Source: Chamaesiphon sp. (GTDB lineage Bacteria; Cyanobacteriota; Cyanobacteriia; Cyanobacteriales; Chamaesiphonaceae). Taken from it: a stretch of 64,000 nucleotides of DNA. The position numbers and the translations under genes were made by a program. Under the pieces are notes generated by a model. It did not search any database. It was not told the origin of the DNA and saw nothing but the letters and a program-made list of their open reading frames with translations. Shown here one piece after another: positions 51,764 to 62,323 of the stretch; position 1 is the first letter of the stretch; the number at the start of each line of letters is the position of its first letter. The stretch spans positions 32,001 to 96,000 of the forward strand of contig CBDFFH010000021.1 of the NCBI GenBank assembly GCA_965246715.1, in the 5' to 3' direction.

Positions 51764-53977
51764 TTAGAGTTTTAATTTAGCTCGAACTAATTTGATTTCT
51801 TCATAACTATAACTATCGCCTAGATGCTCTTTAATTGGGGTGAGTCTTTCGGCTCCGACAGTATTAATGGCTTGCGCGATCGCGTTTTGCCGTTCGAGCG
51901 AGATAATGCGATCGAGATTAATTTCATAGCCACATTCGATCGTTTTAATTAGATGATCGAGAATTGTCGACTCGCGCATACTCCGCTCGATCGCAATTTC
52001 GGCGATATTCAAACCTCGTTGGTAAAAATCTAGGGTTTGTAACTGGCTAGAGGAGACATCGCTTTTGGTAGGTGTATGCGCGACTAATGGCGGAGTCGGT
52101 TCGGTTTCCGTGAGGATTGGCAAGCCAGATTCGCTTCTAAATGCTCTGATTTCGGCGGTGAACATTTCACCATATTGAGCGAGTTTGCGTGCGCCTACGC
52201 CGGAAATTTGGGCGAATTGGGCGAGGGTTTGGGGTTGTTGTTGTGCCATCAAGCGCAGGCTGGAATCGGCGAAGATGACGTAGGGGGGAACTTTGTTTGC
52301 GTCAGCATATTGTTTGCGGAGTTTTTGGAGGCGGTTGTATAAGGATTGAATTTCATCAGAGTTGGTACCGATCTCCATCCTTTCTGCTTTGGCTATCGTC
52401 GGTGTAATCGCGATTTCAACTTTGCGTTCGCCTTTGAGAATTTCCCAGCTCGAGGGGTTAAGCGTCAAAACTGAATAACCATCGCTAGTTTCATCGACTA
52501 AGCCTTGATGGAGCAGGGATCTACCCAACATGCGCCATTCATCTTGAGTGCGATCTTTGCCGATTCCATAAGTGGATAGTGTATCGTGTCCGTTCTTCAA
52601 AACTCGATCGGCTTTAGAGCCGCGCAAGACATCGATGGTATAATTCAAGCCAAAATTACGCCCCTGTTTGCTAAATCGCGCAACGCAGGATAATAATTTT
52701 TGAGATTCGATCGTCCAGTCAGAAATCGGTCGAGGATACTTACAGTTATCGCAATTATCGCAGTTGCCAGGAAAACTCTCACCAAAGTAACCTAATTGAA
52801 TGATGCGCCGACATTCGCTGGCTTCGGCATAATTAATCACACGGCGCAATTGTTGGGTAGCAATTCGCTGTTCTTCTGCTAATGCTTCGCCAGTTTCACG
52901 ATCGATTTTTTGCGCAATCAAATACTCGATCGTTTTAATATCACCCATCCCAAAATACAGTGTACAGTGAGCGGATTCGCCATCGCGCCCAGCGCGCCCC
53001 GATTCTTGATAATATCCTTCGATATTTCGAGGTAGATCGTAATGAATTACGGATCGCACGTCGGGTTTATTAATTCCCATCCCAAAGGCAACTGTCGCGA
53101 TCATCCACTGGACATCATCACGGATAAAACTAGTTTGATTATTAGTTCTGGTTTCGCTGTCTAATCCCGCATGATAAGGTAAAGCCTTGATACCATCTTG
53201 CAATAGCTTATGTGTCAGCTCATCAACCTTCTTCCGACTCAAACAATAGATAATTCCTGCACCATCGGTCTTTTTTACTTGCGCGAGTAATTCGCGATAG
53301 GGAGTAGTGGTCTTGCGCCGGACTTCGTAATATAAATTCGGGCGATTGAAGCTAGCAACGTGAATATCTGGGTCGCGTAGATCGAGCTGCTTGATGATAT
53401 CCTGGCGAACGCGATCTGTTGCTGTTGCCGTCAATCCTAGGAATGGAACCTTGGGAAAATACTCGCGTAATTGAGATAATTTGCGATAGTCAGGACGAAA
53501 ATCGTGACCCCATTCCGATACACAATGTGCTTCGTCGATCGCAAAGCAAGCAATGCCAACTTCTTGATGCAGATCTACTAAAAAGTTGGTAATAAACTCC
53601 TGATTCAAGCGTTCGGGTGCAACATATAATAATTTGATCTCACCGTTGTAAATCGCTGCTGCCCGATCGCGTCTTTCTTCAGTACTAATACTACTATTTA
53701 AAAAGGTGGCTGCAATTCCATTGTCCGCCAACTGTTGCACCTGATCTTGCATCAATGCGATCAATGGAGATACAACAATCGTCACACCTTGTTTGAGTAA
53801 TGCTGGCAACTGAAAACAGAGCGATTTACCGCCCCCAGTTGGCATGATTACCAACAGATCTTTATTTGCTAAAGCAGTAGTAATAATTTCTCGCTGTCCC
53901 GATCGAAACTCATCATACCCAAAATAATGCTTTAATGCCTGTTCTAGGGTTTCAAATTGGGTAGAGCCAGCAAGCAT
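51764..53977 (-). CDS. recQ: DNA helicase RecQ
   Basis: PTGGGKS, DEAHCVSEWGHDFRP, Zn-binding Cys cluster, RQC, HRDC, C-terminal HTH. Confidence 0.96.
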   Translation of the reverse strand: MLAGSTQFETLEQALKHYFGYDEFRSGQREIITTALANKDLLVIMPTGGGKSLCFQLPALLKQGVTIVVSPLIALMQDQVQQLADNGIAATFLNSSISTEERRDRAAAIYNGEIKLLYVAPERLNQEFITNFLVDLHQEVGIACFAIDEAHCVSEWGHDFRPDYRKLSQLREYFPKVPFLGLTATATDRVRQDIIKQLDLRDPDIHVASFNRPNLYYEVRRKTTTPYRELLAQVKKTDGAGIIYCLSRKKVDELTHKLLQDGIKALPYHAGLDSETRTNNQTSFIRDDVQWMIATVAFGMGINKPDVRSVIHYDLPRNIEGYYQESGRAGRDGESAHCTLYFGMGDIKTIEYLIAQKIDRETGEALAEEQRIATQQLRRVINYAEASECRRIIQLGYFGESFPGNCDNCDNCKYPRPISDWTIESQKLLSCVARFSKQGRNFGLNYTIDVLRGSKADRVLKNGHDTLSTYGIGKDRTQDEWRMLGRSLLHQGLVDETSDGYSVLTLNPSSWEILKGERKVEIAITPTIAKAERMEIGTNSDEIQSLYNRLQKLRKQYADANKVPPYVIFADSSLRLMAQQQPQTLAQFAQISGVGARKLAQYGEMFTAEIRAFRSESGLPILTETEPTPPLVAHTPTKSDVSSSQLQTLDFYQRGLNIAEIAIERSMRESTILDHLIKTIECGYEINLDRIISLERQNAIAQAINTVGAERLTPIKEHLGDSYSYEEIKLVRAKLKL

Positions 53978-54376
53978 AAGGGTTGGGAGTTGGGAGTTGG
54001 GAGTTGGGAAAGAGAATACTCAAATTAGTATGTCAAAGAGTATACAGTACGTGGTTCAAAAATACTAGCGATCGATCGAGCTAAACCAATTTTAGCGACT
54101 TTTCAGCCAGGAGTGTCGGCGATGTCTCAACTACATACTTGATATATATTCTAATCGATTTACCGTACTGCTCTGGCTAGTTTGGTTCTGGTGCTTGAAC
54201 TGTGCTTACGTATTCGCAAGATTCGATCGCTACTAAATAGGTCTACATTTTACGGGATATTTAGCAATGCTTGTCAGATGCAAATGAATTGGGAGTTAAT
54301 TTAACTACAAAGGTAAACAAATAACTTTTCCTCCTTTATGGTGCTCTCAGACAACCCTCCTCCAAACAATAATTTT

Positions 54377-55053
54377 GTGAAGACATCCATCGCATCGCAG
54401 TTAATACTTGCCTCGCTACTCTTACTTCCCTATCCCTAGTAGGTGTGGCAAATTCAGCCCAAGCTGCGACGGTACAGTTTACAGAGTTGGCATCCTTTCA
54501 AGCTAATACAACCGGACTAACAACTATCGACTTTGAAGGATTAGCGGCTGGTGCTTTTCCGCAAAATTACCCTAATCCTGCTGGATTAACTACGAGTGGA
54601 GTTAAGTTTACCGCTTCAAACAACCGCCTATTTGTCGCCAACCCAGCAGCAGGTCCTAATTATAATTGGGGTTCTGGTGCAGTTTTAGCTACCGATATAA
54701 GTGGCCTAATCACTGTAATCCTGCCATCTGGTGTTACGGCTGTGGGTAGCGATATCATGAGCATTTCTCCTTATGCAGCTCCTTTTTCCATCACTCTATC
54801 AACAGGTGAGACATTTAATCAAAGTTCACTTAATTATCCCAATCGTCAGTTTGTGGGTTTTACTTCCGATACTGCTATTACTTCGATGTTATTTCAGGCT
54901 AGTAGCTTGAGCCAGAATTTAGATAACTTCAGATTTGGCACTGCTGCTAATGTGTCTACATCTGTCCCCGAACCTTTTACCGTTATCGGTACATTAGTTG
55001 GCGGTACCGTAGCACTACGGATGAGAAAGAAACTCAAATCGGCTCACAAGTAG
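54377..55053 (+). pseudogene. PEP-CTERM protein with an apparent 1-nt frameshift in the signal peptide (or a sequencing error)
   Basis: C-terminal VPEPFTVIGTLVGG..RMRKK; the signal-like DIHRIAVNTCLATLTSLSLVGVANSAQA is in frame but the GTG at 54377 is out of frame by one base. Confidence 0.6.
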
Positions 55054-55086
55054 CAAATAATTTGTAGGATCTCGCACATCGTGTTT

Positions 55087-55119
55087 AGGGTAGGGGTAAT
55101 TCATGAATTACCCCTACCC
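55087..55119. repeat. REP hairpin GGGTAGGGGTAATTCATGAATTACCCCTACCC
   Basis: Perfect palindrome; same family as the core of 39979-40043. Confidence 0.8.
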
Positions 55120-55175
55120 GATCTTTATTGCTAAAATAGTGCTAAATAATGCTAATAAATTCAGGATACTAACAA

Positions 55176-55514
55176 ATGACAGTGGAAGAGATAGACTTAA
55201 TTTTACAGAAGATTGTCGTTTCTCAACGGGAATTTCAAGAGGAAGTTCGGACGATCGTTCGCTCCAACGATCGCACTATTCAGGCGATACTAGACCAAAC
55301 GGCAACAGATCGGTTAAAAAGGGATGAAGAAAGATCGGAGCACGAACGCAGAATCCAACTACTTGAAGCTAATAACCAAATTCTCGCCAACACCCAACAA
55401 GGAGTTGCCGCATTGCTAGGATCTATCGATGAAGACCGTCCTACGATTTTACGCAAGCTCAGCACGATCGAGCAAAAGACCGATTCTATCCTCGATCGAT
55501 TATCTCCAAATTAG
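55176..55514 (+). CDS. Hypothetical coiled-coil protein
   Basis: 112-aa heptad-rich ORF. Confidence 0.65.
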   Translation: MTVEEIDLILQKIVVSQREFQEEVRTIVRSNDRTIQAILDQTATDRLKRDEERSEHERRIQLLEANNQILANTQQGVAALLGSIDEDRPTILRKLSTIEQKTDSILDRLSPN

Positions 55515-55522
55515 TATTTTTA

Positions 55523-55753
55523 TTAGTGCGAATGATACAAAAAATCATCCGCCTCAATCCCTGTCTGTTTTAGGATCTGGCGGAGAGTGCCTTCAGGCAT
55601 ATCCCCATTATGATTGGGGACGGTAGTATACTTACCTGTACTGTCATTAAACCAGATTTCATGGCTGCCAGAAGCTTGCCTGTCTAGTGCATATCCATAA
55701 ACTCGCAACACCTTGGCTACTTCCCGGTACCTGAAACCCGATAACCTACCCAT
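55523..55753 (-). CDS. hicA: HicA family toxin
   Basis: YGYALDRQASGSHEIW...TTVPNHNGDMPEGTLRQILKQ. Confidence 0.9.
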   Translation of the reverse strand: MGRLSGFRYREVAKVLRVYGYALDRQASGSHEIWFNDSTGKYTTVPNHNGDMPEGTLRQILKQTGIEADDFLYHSH

Positions 55754-55758
55754 CCCGT

Positions 55759-55992
55759 CTATTTACTTAGTACTAGAGGGCAATCAAATTCATCAGCTAA
55801 CATTGGGAAACATTCTATTTGCTGATTGCGTTCTGCCATTGCTGCCAGGATTTGCTTAGCAACATCTTCAGCGATTTTCAGTGTTTCCGAGAGACTTGGT
55901 GCTTGAGCGATCAATCCGGGCAATGCATCTGAAGTTGCTAAATAGTAGCCTTCAGGTAGTTTCTCGATATGAACGTTAATGAGTCTTTCCAC
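55759..55992 (-). CDS. hicB: Short HicB-family antitoxin (start likely GTG 55992)
   Basis: IEKLPEGYYLATSDALPGLIAQA.SLSETL; 5 bp upstream of hicA. Confidence 0.8.
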   Translation of the reverse strand: MERLINVHIEKLPEGYYLATSDALPGLIAQAPSLSETLKIAEDVAKQILAAMAERNQQIECFPMLADEFDCPLVLSK

Positions 55993-56151
55993 TGAATTAT
56001 CGTCGTACAATTTTAAGATTTCGGTAAAATTATTTAAAAGCAGGCTAGTTATCGCCATGAAATCGATTCAGTACTAGTTTAATTATCTCATACCTACTCA
56101 GCTAGTGCTAGTTGCCAAATCCGATCTTAAGTTTAAATTCAGTAACTTAGC

Positions 56152-56628
56152 TTACAAATTGCCGTACTTAGTATCAGATCTCGATCTCCGATCGGTTTGT
56201 ACTGAAGAAGTTGCTGTCAGTGAAGATAATTCCGCCAGCAAGGTTTCTTGTTCGCGTGCGAGCGCCTGTAATCGATCGACGATGCGCTCGATTCGCTCTG
56301 GGGTAGTTGTTTTAGTTAGCTGCCCTGCACTGGGATTATTATGCCCAAATATCCGCGAGATCGATCCCCAGATGAGTCCAAATATCGGCTGAAGCAGTCT
56401 AAATGGAGTTTTGAGGAGAAATAACCACATCTGCTCGATGCCCCGACCGATCGCTTTAATCAGTCCCCACAGGGAGAATATTGCCAATAGCAGCAGGAGT
56501 AAACTGGGAATTGGATGCGATAGCGCCCAAGCGAGATATGGATGTTGCCCCAACCATTGGCTAACATAGTTAGCAATTGCCTGTTCGATCGCTGCCGAAA
56601 TGTCCATAACTAGGTTAGCGGTTTGCAA
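56152..56628 (-). CDS. Hypothetical membrane protein with a C-terminal coiled coil
   Basis: WLGQHP...HP + hydrophobic helix; C-terminal heptads. Confidence 0.65.
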   Translation of the reverse strand: MQTANLVMDISAAIEQAIANYVSQWLGQHPYLAWALSHPIPSLLLLLLAIFSLWGLIKAIGRGIEQMWLFLLKTPFRLLQPIFGLIWGSISRIFGHNNPSAGQLTKTTTPERIERIVDRLQALAREQETLLAELSSLTATSSVQTDRRSRSDTKYGNL

Positions 56629-56770
56629 GAATATCCACTCTGATTCAATTGTCGATCCATATCTTCTACTTTACCAATCCAAATTTTCATGAGGGCAATA
56701 TCAATCGATCGCATATTTCCGCTCTCATTACCCAAGCTTATATTCTGGCAGCCTTCATGGTCGCAAACTT

Positions 56771-56880
56771 GGTGCTAATAGTGCAAAGTCCGCCTTCGCG
56801 GACTTTGCACTATTAGCACCGATTTCAATCGAGTGCGGTGCTTGAACGAAGCAAATATCCTTAACCCGAACTCACGTTAA
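56771..56880. repeat. REP/MITE fragment: perfect 23-bp-stem palindrome followed by a CCCGAACTCACGTTAA end
   Basis: GGTGCTAATAGTGCAAAGTCCGC-CTTC-GCGGACTTTGCACTATTAGCACC; 3' part shared with 12549-12701. Confidence 0.8.
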
Positions 56881-56939
56881 TTAAAGATATTACAATAATT
56901 TGGCAAACTAATTAAACTCGATCGAATCCAGCTTAAATC

Positions 56940-57248
56940 ATGTACAAATTTTTAGCCTCAGTCAGCGGAGCGATCTGCTTATTTTCAGCCTTTGTCGTCG
57001 CAGCGGCACCCTCAGAGCAAAAGCCTCAAAGCTTTGCCCAATGGTGTCTCCAGAGAAACTCTGTACCTGCAGATAGTAGACATACGATCGATGTTTTACT
57101 AACAAAAGCTGGTACCAACAATTAACAATAAAATCGTCGATGTCAAACCACTAGCGGGGTTAAGTAACTTGAATAATCTCTGGCTTCAGACTTAACCCAA
57201 CTGCGATCGCATCTGCCTCAGCTTAGTAACCCGATCGTTACTTCAGTA
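56940..57248 (+). pseudogene. Internally deleted secreted leucine-rich-repeat (internalin-like) gene
   Basis: Signal peptide + SFAQWC...TIDVLL cap, a stop, then one LRR unit NNKIVDVKPLAGLSNLNNLWL. Confidence 0.75.
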
Positions 57249-57299
57249 AAAACCGATCGGCAGAACGATCGATCGTCGAGCGGATCCAATGCTCAAACC

Positions 57300-58598
57300 C
57301 TAAACATTCGGATTGGCACCCAGGCTCTCGCTATCGAGGTTAAATAGTACCTGCAGGGTTTGGACTGCTTTTTTTCTTGCCTTTGTATCTTGCTGAGCGC
57401 GTAATTGAATCATCGGATCGTGAAGAATTTTGTTGATAATTCCTTTTGTTAGTGCCTCGATCGCTTCTTGGTGGCGTTCGCCAAACTCCGATCCGAGTCT
57501 CGATAGGGCTTTTTCTAGCTCTTGGATGCGAATTTTCTCCATTTTATCGCGGAGACAACCGATCGTAGGCACAGTATCGAGAAATCTCCACCAACTATTG
57601 AAATTCTCGACTTCTTCCGCGAGGATGCCTTCGGCTTCTTGAGCCATTTTGCGGCGGCTTTCTTGATTTTGGGCGACGACGGCTTTGAGATCGTCGACAT
57701 TGAAGGCTTGAATATTTGCCAGGGTATTGGCATCGCTATCGACATTCCGAGGCACGGAAATATCAAAAATCATTAACGCTCGATCGGGATCTAAGACTGC
57801 TTCTAATTTAGCCGCATTTAACAATGGTTCGGTGGCGGAAGTACTAGTGAAGACGATCGTCGAAGTCGAGATCTTCGCCATCATATCCTCGATCGGGTGG
57901 ATTTGCAGCTCGATCGCGGTAAACATCAGCTTGAGATCTTCGGCACGTTTGGCGGAGCGATTTAAAATCGTGACATCCTTTGCCCCTTTGGAAATCAAAT
58001 GCTGCACCAGCAGGCGGGACATTTTACCCGCACCGAGAATCGCAATCCGATGCTCGCTAAAGTCTTTGACTTTCATGTGCGCCAATTCTACTGCTGCCGA
58101 GCTAATCGAGACGGCTCCTGTGCCGATACTCGTCTCGGTACGCACTCGTTTGCCAGCAGTCAGCGCTTGCTTGAAGAGGCGATTGAGGATCGGCCCCATA
58201 CCTTGGTACTGTTGACCGATTTTATGTGTTTGTTTGACTTGGGCGAGGATTTGGCCTTCGCCTAATACCAGACTATCCAAGCCGCCAGCTACCCGCATCA
58301 GATGCATCACGGCATCTTCATGGAGGAGGATAAATAAATGTTGTTTGAGATCGGCAAGTGAGAGTTTACCAAACTCTGCTAGAAATTGGATCGCTTCTTG
58401 CACGCCTCGATCGGCTGTCGGGGTGACGATATAGATTTCTAAGCGATTGCAAGTGCTCAGAATAGTGGCTTCTTGGATGTGGTGCCGATCGCACAGGTTT
58501 TGAATCGCTGCTTCCATCTGCGTATCTGGTACGCTGAGTTTTTCTCTGATGTCCACAGGTGCGGTTTTATGACTCAAACCGATGACAGCAATATTCAT
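57300..58598 (-). CDS. hemA: Glutamyl-tRNA reductase
   Basis: [39 protein letters not shown]. Confidence 0.97.
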   Translation of the reverse strand: MNIAVIGLSHKTAPVDIREKLSVPDTQMEAAIQNLCDRHHIQEATILSTCNRLEIYIVTPTADRGVQEAIQFLAEFGKLSLADLKQHLFILLHEDAVMHLMRVAGGLDSLVLGEGQILAQVKQTHKIGQQYQGMGPILNRLFKQALTAGKRVRTETSIGTGAVSISSAAVELAHMKVKDFSEHRIAILGAGKMSRLLVQHLISKGAKDVTILNRSAKRAEDLKLMFTAIELQIHPIEDMMAKISTSTIVFTSTSATEPLLNAAKLEAVLDPDRALMIFDISVPRNVDSDANTLANIQAFNVDDLKAVVAQNQESRRKMAQEAEGILAEEVENFNSWWRFLDTVPTIGCLRDKMEKIRIQELEKALSRLGSEFGERHQEAIEALTKGIINKILHDPMIQLRAQQDTKARKKAVQTLQVLFNLDSESLGANPNV

Positions 58599-58912
58599 AT
58601 TCGCTCCACGTCCAAAAAGATAAGTATTTTAAAATTTTGTTATTTAAGTTACGGACATTCGGGAACGATCGAAGCATGATGTATGCTATCGGTCTCACGC
58701 TCGATAATCCGAATTGGTTATTGTATATAATCGTTGTCTATCTTGCTGCAATCTTGGCGTGTTGTAAACGTTTTGTCACGGTTCTTCATTCTCGAGAATA
58801 GGGGAGCGGGAGCGGGCAGAAAAACGCTGGGCTGTTCAGGTAACTTTGACGCTTCATCTCCCAGTATCTTCTATTCTATTCCCTAATTCCGCTCCCCTAA
58901 ACGCTATTGTAC

Positions 58913-59950
58913 CTAGTGCAAGCTAATCGTGCCGCCTTTGCCATTCATGTGAATAGTGTCTACAAACCGAGCGGTTTTGGACTGACTGGAGATGACCAGA
59001 GTGTGAGTACGTGCGCCACCTTTGAAGAAGCGAACGCCATCCATGATGTTACCAGAGGTGATTCCAGTTCCAGCAAACAGGACGTTTTGACCGCAAGCTA
59101 GTTCTTCAGCAGTATAAACTTTATCGGGATCGGTGATGCCCATGCTCTTGAGCCGATCGATGTTGGCTTCCTTGCTTTCGCCGATCAAGCCAGTTTTGAC
59201 GACCGCAGGATCGTAAATGAGTTGACCTTGGAAGTGAGCATCCATACAACGCAGAGCTGCTGCGGAGATTACGCCTTCAGGTGCTGCACCGATACCCATC
59301 AGGGCATGAATGCCTGTTCCAGCAAAGCCACAGTTGATCGCGGCACCAACGTCACCATCGCTGATCAGTGCAACCCGCGCACCTGCTGCCCGAATTTCGG
59401 CAATCAGATCGTTATGGCGTTCGCGTTTCATCACGACGACGACTAATTCTTCGATCGAGCGATCGAGACACTGAGATAAAATTTTCAGGTTTTCAGTAGC
59501 AGATTTATTAATATCTACTTTACCTTTGGCAGCTGGAGGTGCGGCTAATTTCTTCATGTAGAAGTCAGGCGCTGCAAACAAACCACCTTTCTCGGAGATC
59601 GCGAGTACGGCCATCGAGCCAGGTTGTCCGTATGCGCAGAGGTTGGTACCTTCGCAAGGATCGACTGCGATATCGATTTCGAGCAATTCATCGATGGTAC
59701 ACAATTCAGCAGCGTTAGGTTGAGAACAAATCCCTACTTCTTCGCCGATGTACAACATCGGTGCGTCGTCGCGCTCGCCTTCACCGATCACGATCCGTCC
59801 GCGCATGTGGATTTTGTTCATCCGTTCGCGCATTGCTTCAACCGCAACCCGATCGGCTTCATTTTTGTCCCCCTTACCCATCAATCGTGCAGACGCGATC
59901 GCCGCTTGCTCGACTACTTCTATAATTTCTAAACCTAAACTATTTTCCAC
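58913..59950 (-). CDS. glpX: Class II fructose-1,6/sedoheptulose-1,7-bisphosphatase
   Basis: [40 protein letters not shown]. Confidence 0.96.
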   Translation of the reverse strand: MENSLGLEIIEVVEQAAIASARLMGKGDKNEADRVAVEAMRERMNKIHMRGRIVIGEGERDDAPMLYIGEEVGICSQPNAAELCTIDELLEIDIAVDPCEGTNLCAYGQPGSMAVLAISEKGGLFAAPDFYMKKLAAPPAAKGKVDINKSATENLKILSQCLDRSIEELVVVVMKRERHNDLIAEIRAAGARVALISDGDVGAAINCGFAGTGIHALMGIGAAPEGVISAAALRCMDAHFQGQLIYDPAVVKTGLIGESKEANIDRLKSMGITDPDKVYTAEELACGQNVLFAGTGITSGNIMDGVRFFKGGARTHTLVISSQSKTARFVDTIHMNGKGGTISLH

Positions 59951-60625
59951 AGCTATTCGCTCCCAAAGGGCTTTATTTATAGGGATTTCAGTCTACAAGT
60001 CTACCAGAGCGTGGGGACACCCGTACATTTATCTATCGTTTTGTCTCGCGATCGAGCTGTCCGAACTTGCTGACGACACGCCTTGAATTCACTATTTTTA
60101 AGCGAATCGACTCAACCAGATCGAGACCAAATTATGCTAATGTTACACCAATTTTATAAATCCCCCACTCGCAGATCTCGATCCGGCAGTAGATCCCTTG
60201 CTCCAGCTAGTATGCGATCGAGTCGATAATTCGATGTTAGAGGATTGGGATCGCCACTATGTTGCGATCTCCATTCTGTTGGTGTGCGAATCGCTCGATC
60301 TGTGTACTCCGCAAATTGCTGATTTTTTGATTTCAGCCGCTAACTCTGACGAAATAGCAATCTCAGAATTGTTCGATGGCTGCCTAAGAGCGGAAAAAGG
60401 TTAATCGATCGCTCACCAATCGCAGGCGATCGATCGACAAATATCGCCTATGTTCCGTAGGATTACTCAGGGAAAAACAATCTCGGTTTGGTAGGTTCTC
60501 AAATATCGGTGAATTTGCGGCTGTGAGATCGATACGCGATCGCCGTGAATAAATGTATATAAGTAAAAACCATGTAAGTATAGTACTTACTTTTAATCTA
60601 TCACCATTTATCGACCCCACATCTC

Positions 60626-62053
60626 ATGGCAAACCCCACCGATCGAGAGCAAGAATTATTAGAACTGGTCAACCGGATTAGAACGGCACCACAAGCGGAA
60701 TTGGCGCTGCTCCTCAATGCTTCAGCTGCAGATGCGAAGATTATCAGCAGTGCTTTAGCCGACTATGGTGTCAAGCTAGAAACGCTCAAAACGCAGTGGC
60801 AAGCTCTGCAAGCTGTCGCACCAGTGGCTTGGTCTAGCGAACTCAATATTGCCGCTGCCGCACATAATGGCGAAATGATTGCAGCGGACGTGCAAGCTCA
60901 TCAAGTCACTGGTGAAAAAACGTTCGGCGAGCGGCTCAAAGCAGCTAACTATACCTTTACGATCGCGCGCGAAAATCTCTATGCCTATGCTAGCTCGGTC
61001 TTCGAGGCGGAAGCAGCACTCGCGATCGATTGGGGGAATGGGGTCGATGGCATCCAAACTCCAGCCGAACATCGGGAATTTCTGCTGGCTGGCGATGTCC
61101 GGGAAGTCGGGATCGCCATCACCCCACAACCCAATACCACCAGGCAACTCGGGCCGTTAGTTGTGACTCAAGATTTTGGTAATCGGGAGGCATTGAAGGG
61201 AAAAGCGTATCTACTGGGTGTCGCTTTTGAAGATAAAAATGGCGATACTTGGTATGAAGCAGGCGAAGGACTCAATGATGTCCAACTAAAAATTACTGGC
61301 ATCAATGGAACTAACTTCACTAAAACGATCGCTCCTGGCGCGGCTGGCGGCTATCAGGAACTGCTCGATCCCGGACGCTATCAAGTTGACTTTCTCCGCA
61401 ATGGTAATACTGTCGGTCGGCGTGTGAGGACGATCGATGCTAATGCAGCTAATATCAAAGTGGATCTAGTCTTACCCGTTAGTAATCTCAATAGTCTGCA
61501 GAATGCTGCAACTGCGGGTAGCAATGCACTCGATTTTCGTACCGATAATACCCAAGCTCAACCCGATTTAACGGGGAAGAAATTGGCGCTGAGCTTTAGC
61601 AATGTCTCCGCCGATGCTACCTATCACAATTATGGTGGGATCTATCGCGTACAGGATGATGTGGGAACTGTCATCGATCCGACAACTGGAGCGTCTTACA
61701 AGCCTGGAGATACTGGCTACATCGCTGCCGCATTACGCCGTGCTAATCTGGAAAATAGCGGTCAAGTCCAACTCGACAATCAAAATACCAGTAATCCGGC
61801 TAAATTTACCGTCGATGGTGGATATCGGTATGGAATGTTTGTGGTTGCAGATGGGACGATCGATCGCGCACTCACCACGACAGATCCAGCCAAGGCACCA
61901 CATGTCTACTTTAACTATCTAGCGGCGAATACCGATGGCAAGCAACACTTCCAGTCAGTGGGAAATAATTCGTTTGCAGTTGAAGATACCTTTAATCTCA
62001 CGAATAACGACTATAACGATCTGATTTTTACGGTTAATGCGAAAGTTGTTTAG
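60626..62053 (+). CDS. CAP/SCP domain protein with a C-terminal DUF4114-like domain
   Basis: EQELLELVNRIR, AAAAHN, EN, HRE.LL, EVGI, TQDFG; C-terminal ANTDGKQHF...FAVED...DYNDLIF. Confidence 0.8.
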   Translation: MANPTDREQELLELVNRIRTAPQAELALLLNASAADAKIISSALADYGVKLETLKTQWQALQAVAPVAWSSELNIAAAAHNGEMIAADVQAHQVTGEKTFGERLKAANYTFTIARENLYAYASSVFEAEAALAIDWGNGVDGIQTPAEHREFLLAGDVREVGIAITPQPNTTRQLGPLVVTQDFGNREALKGKAYLLGVAFEDKNGDTWYEAGEGLNDVQLKITGINGTNFTKTIAPGAAGGYQELLDPGRYQVDFLRNGNTVGRRVRTIDANAANIKVDLVLPVSNLNSLQNAATAGSNALDFRTDNTQAQPDLTGKKLALSFSNVSADATYHNYGGIYRVQDDVGTVIDPTTGASYKPGDTGYIAAALRRANLENSGQVQLDNQNTSNPAKFTVDGGYRYGMFVVADGTIDRALTTTDPAKAPHVYFNYLAANTDGKQHFQSVGNNSFAVEDTFNLTNNDYNDLIFTVNAKVV

Positions 62054-62054
62054 T

Positions 62055-62262
62055 TAACCCAAGTTGCTACCCATAACCTAAGCGGTTAGAAACCGCTGCT
62101 CGGAATACAAAGTCCGCCTGTCTTGAAAAGGTGCTCTACTTGGGGAAACCCCAAGACCGCACGTTTCGCTTCGCGGACTGAATATCTTAGTCCGCGAAGG
62201 CGGACTTCGCATCATTAGCCACGATTTCAATCGTAGGCGTTTCTGGGTAGAAACTTGGGTTA
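62055..62262. mobile_element. MITE-like TAACCCAAGTTGCTACC element with a REP doublet and a nested 51-bp insert (62120-62170)
   Basis: TIRs 62055-62073 and 62244-62262; same family as 44959-45139. Confidence 0.85.
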
Positions 62263-62323
62263 GTTAGGGGAAAGGGGATCGTAAATAGGGGATAGTGGAT
62301 AGAGGGAATTATTCACGATCTTT

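Noticed and set aside
6711..54008. Heptamer arrays (6711, 9357, 24868, 39186, 40957, 44864, 53984) and REP doublets as CRISPR arrays
   Set aside because: No regular repeat-spacer periodicity and no cas genes; these are ordinary cyanobacterial STRR-type repeats.
54038..54058. LexA box upstream of recQ (AGTACGTGGTTCA)
   Set aside because: Half-site spacing is one base short of the consensus.
62263..62323. TPP riboswitch upstream of thiL
   Set aside because: No CTGAGA core or aptamer pairing; the region is a MITE plus purine-rich repeats.
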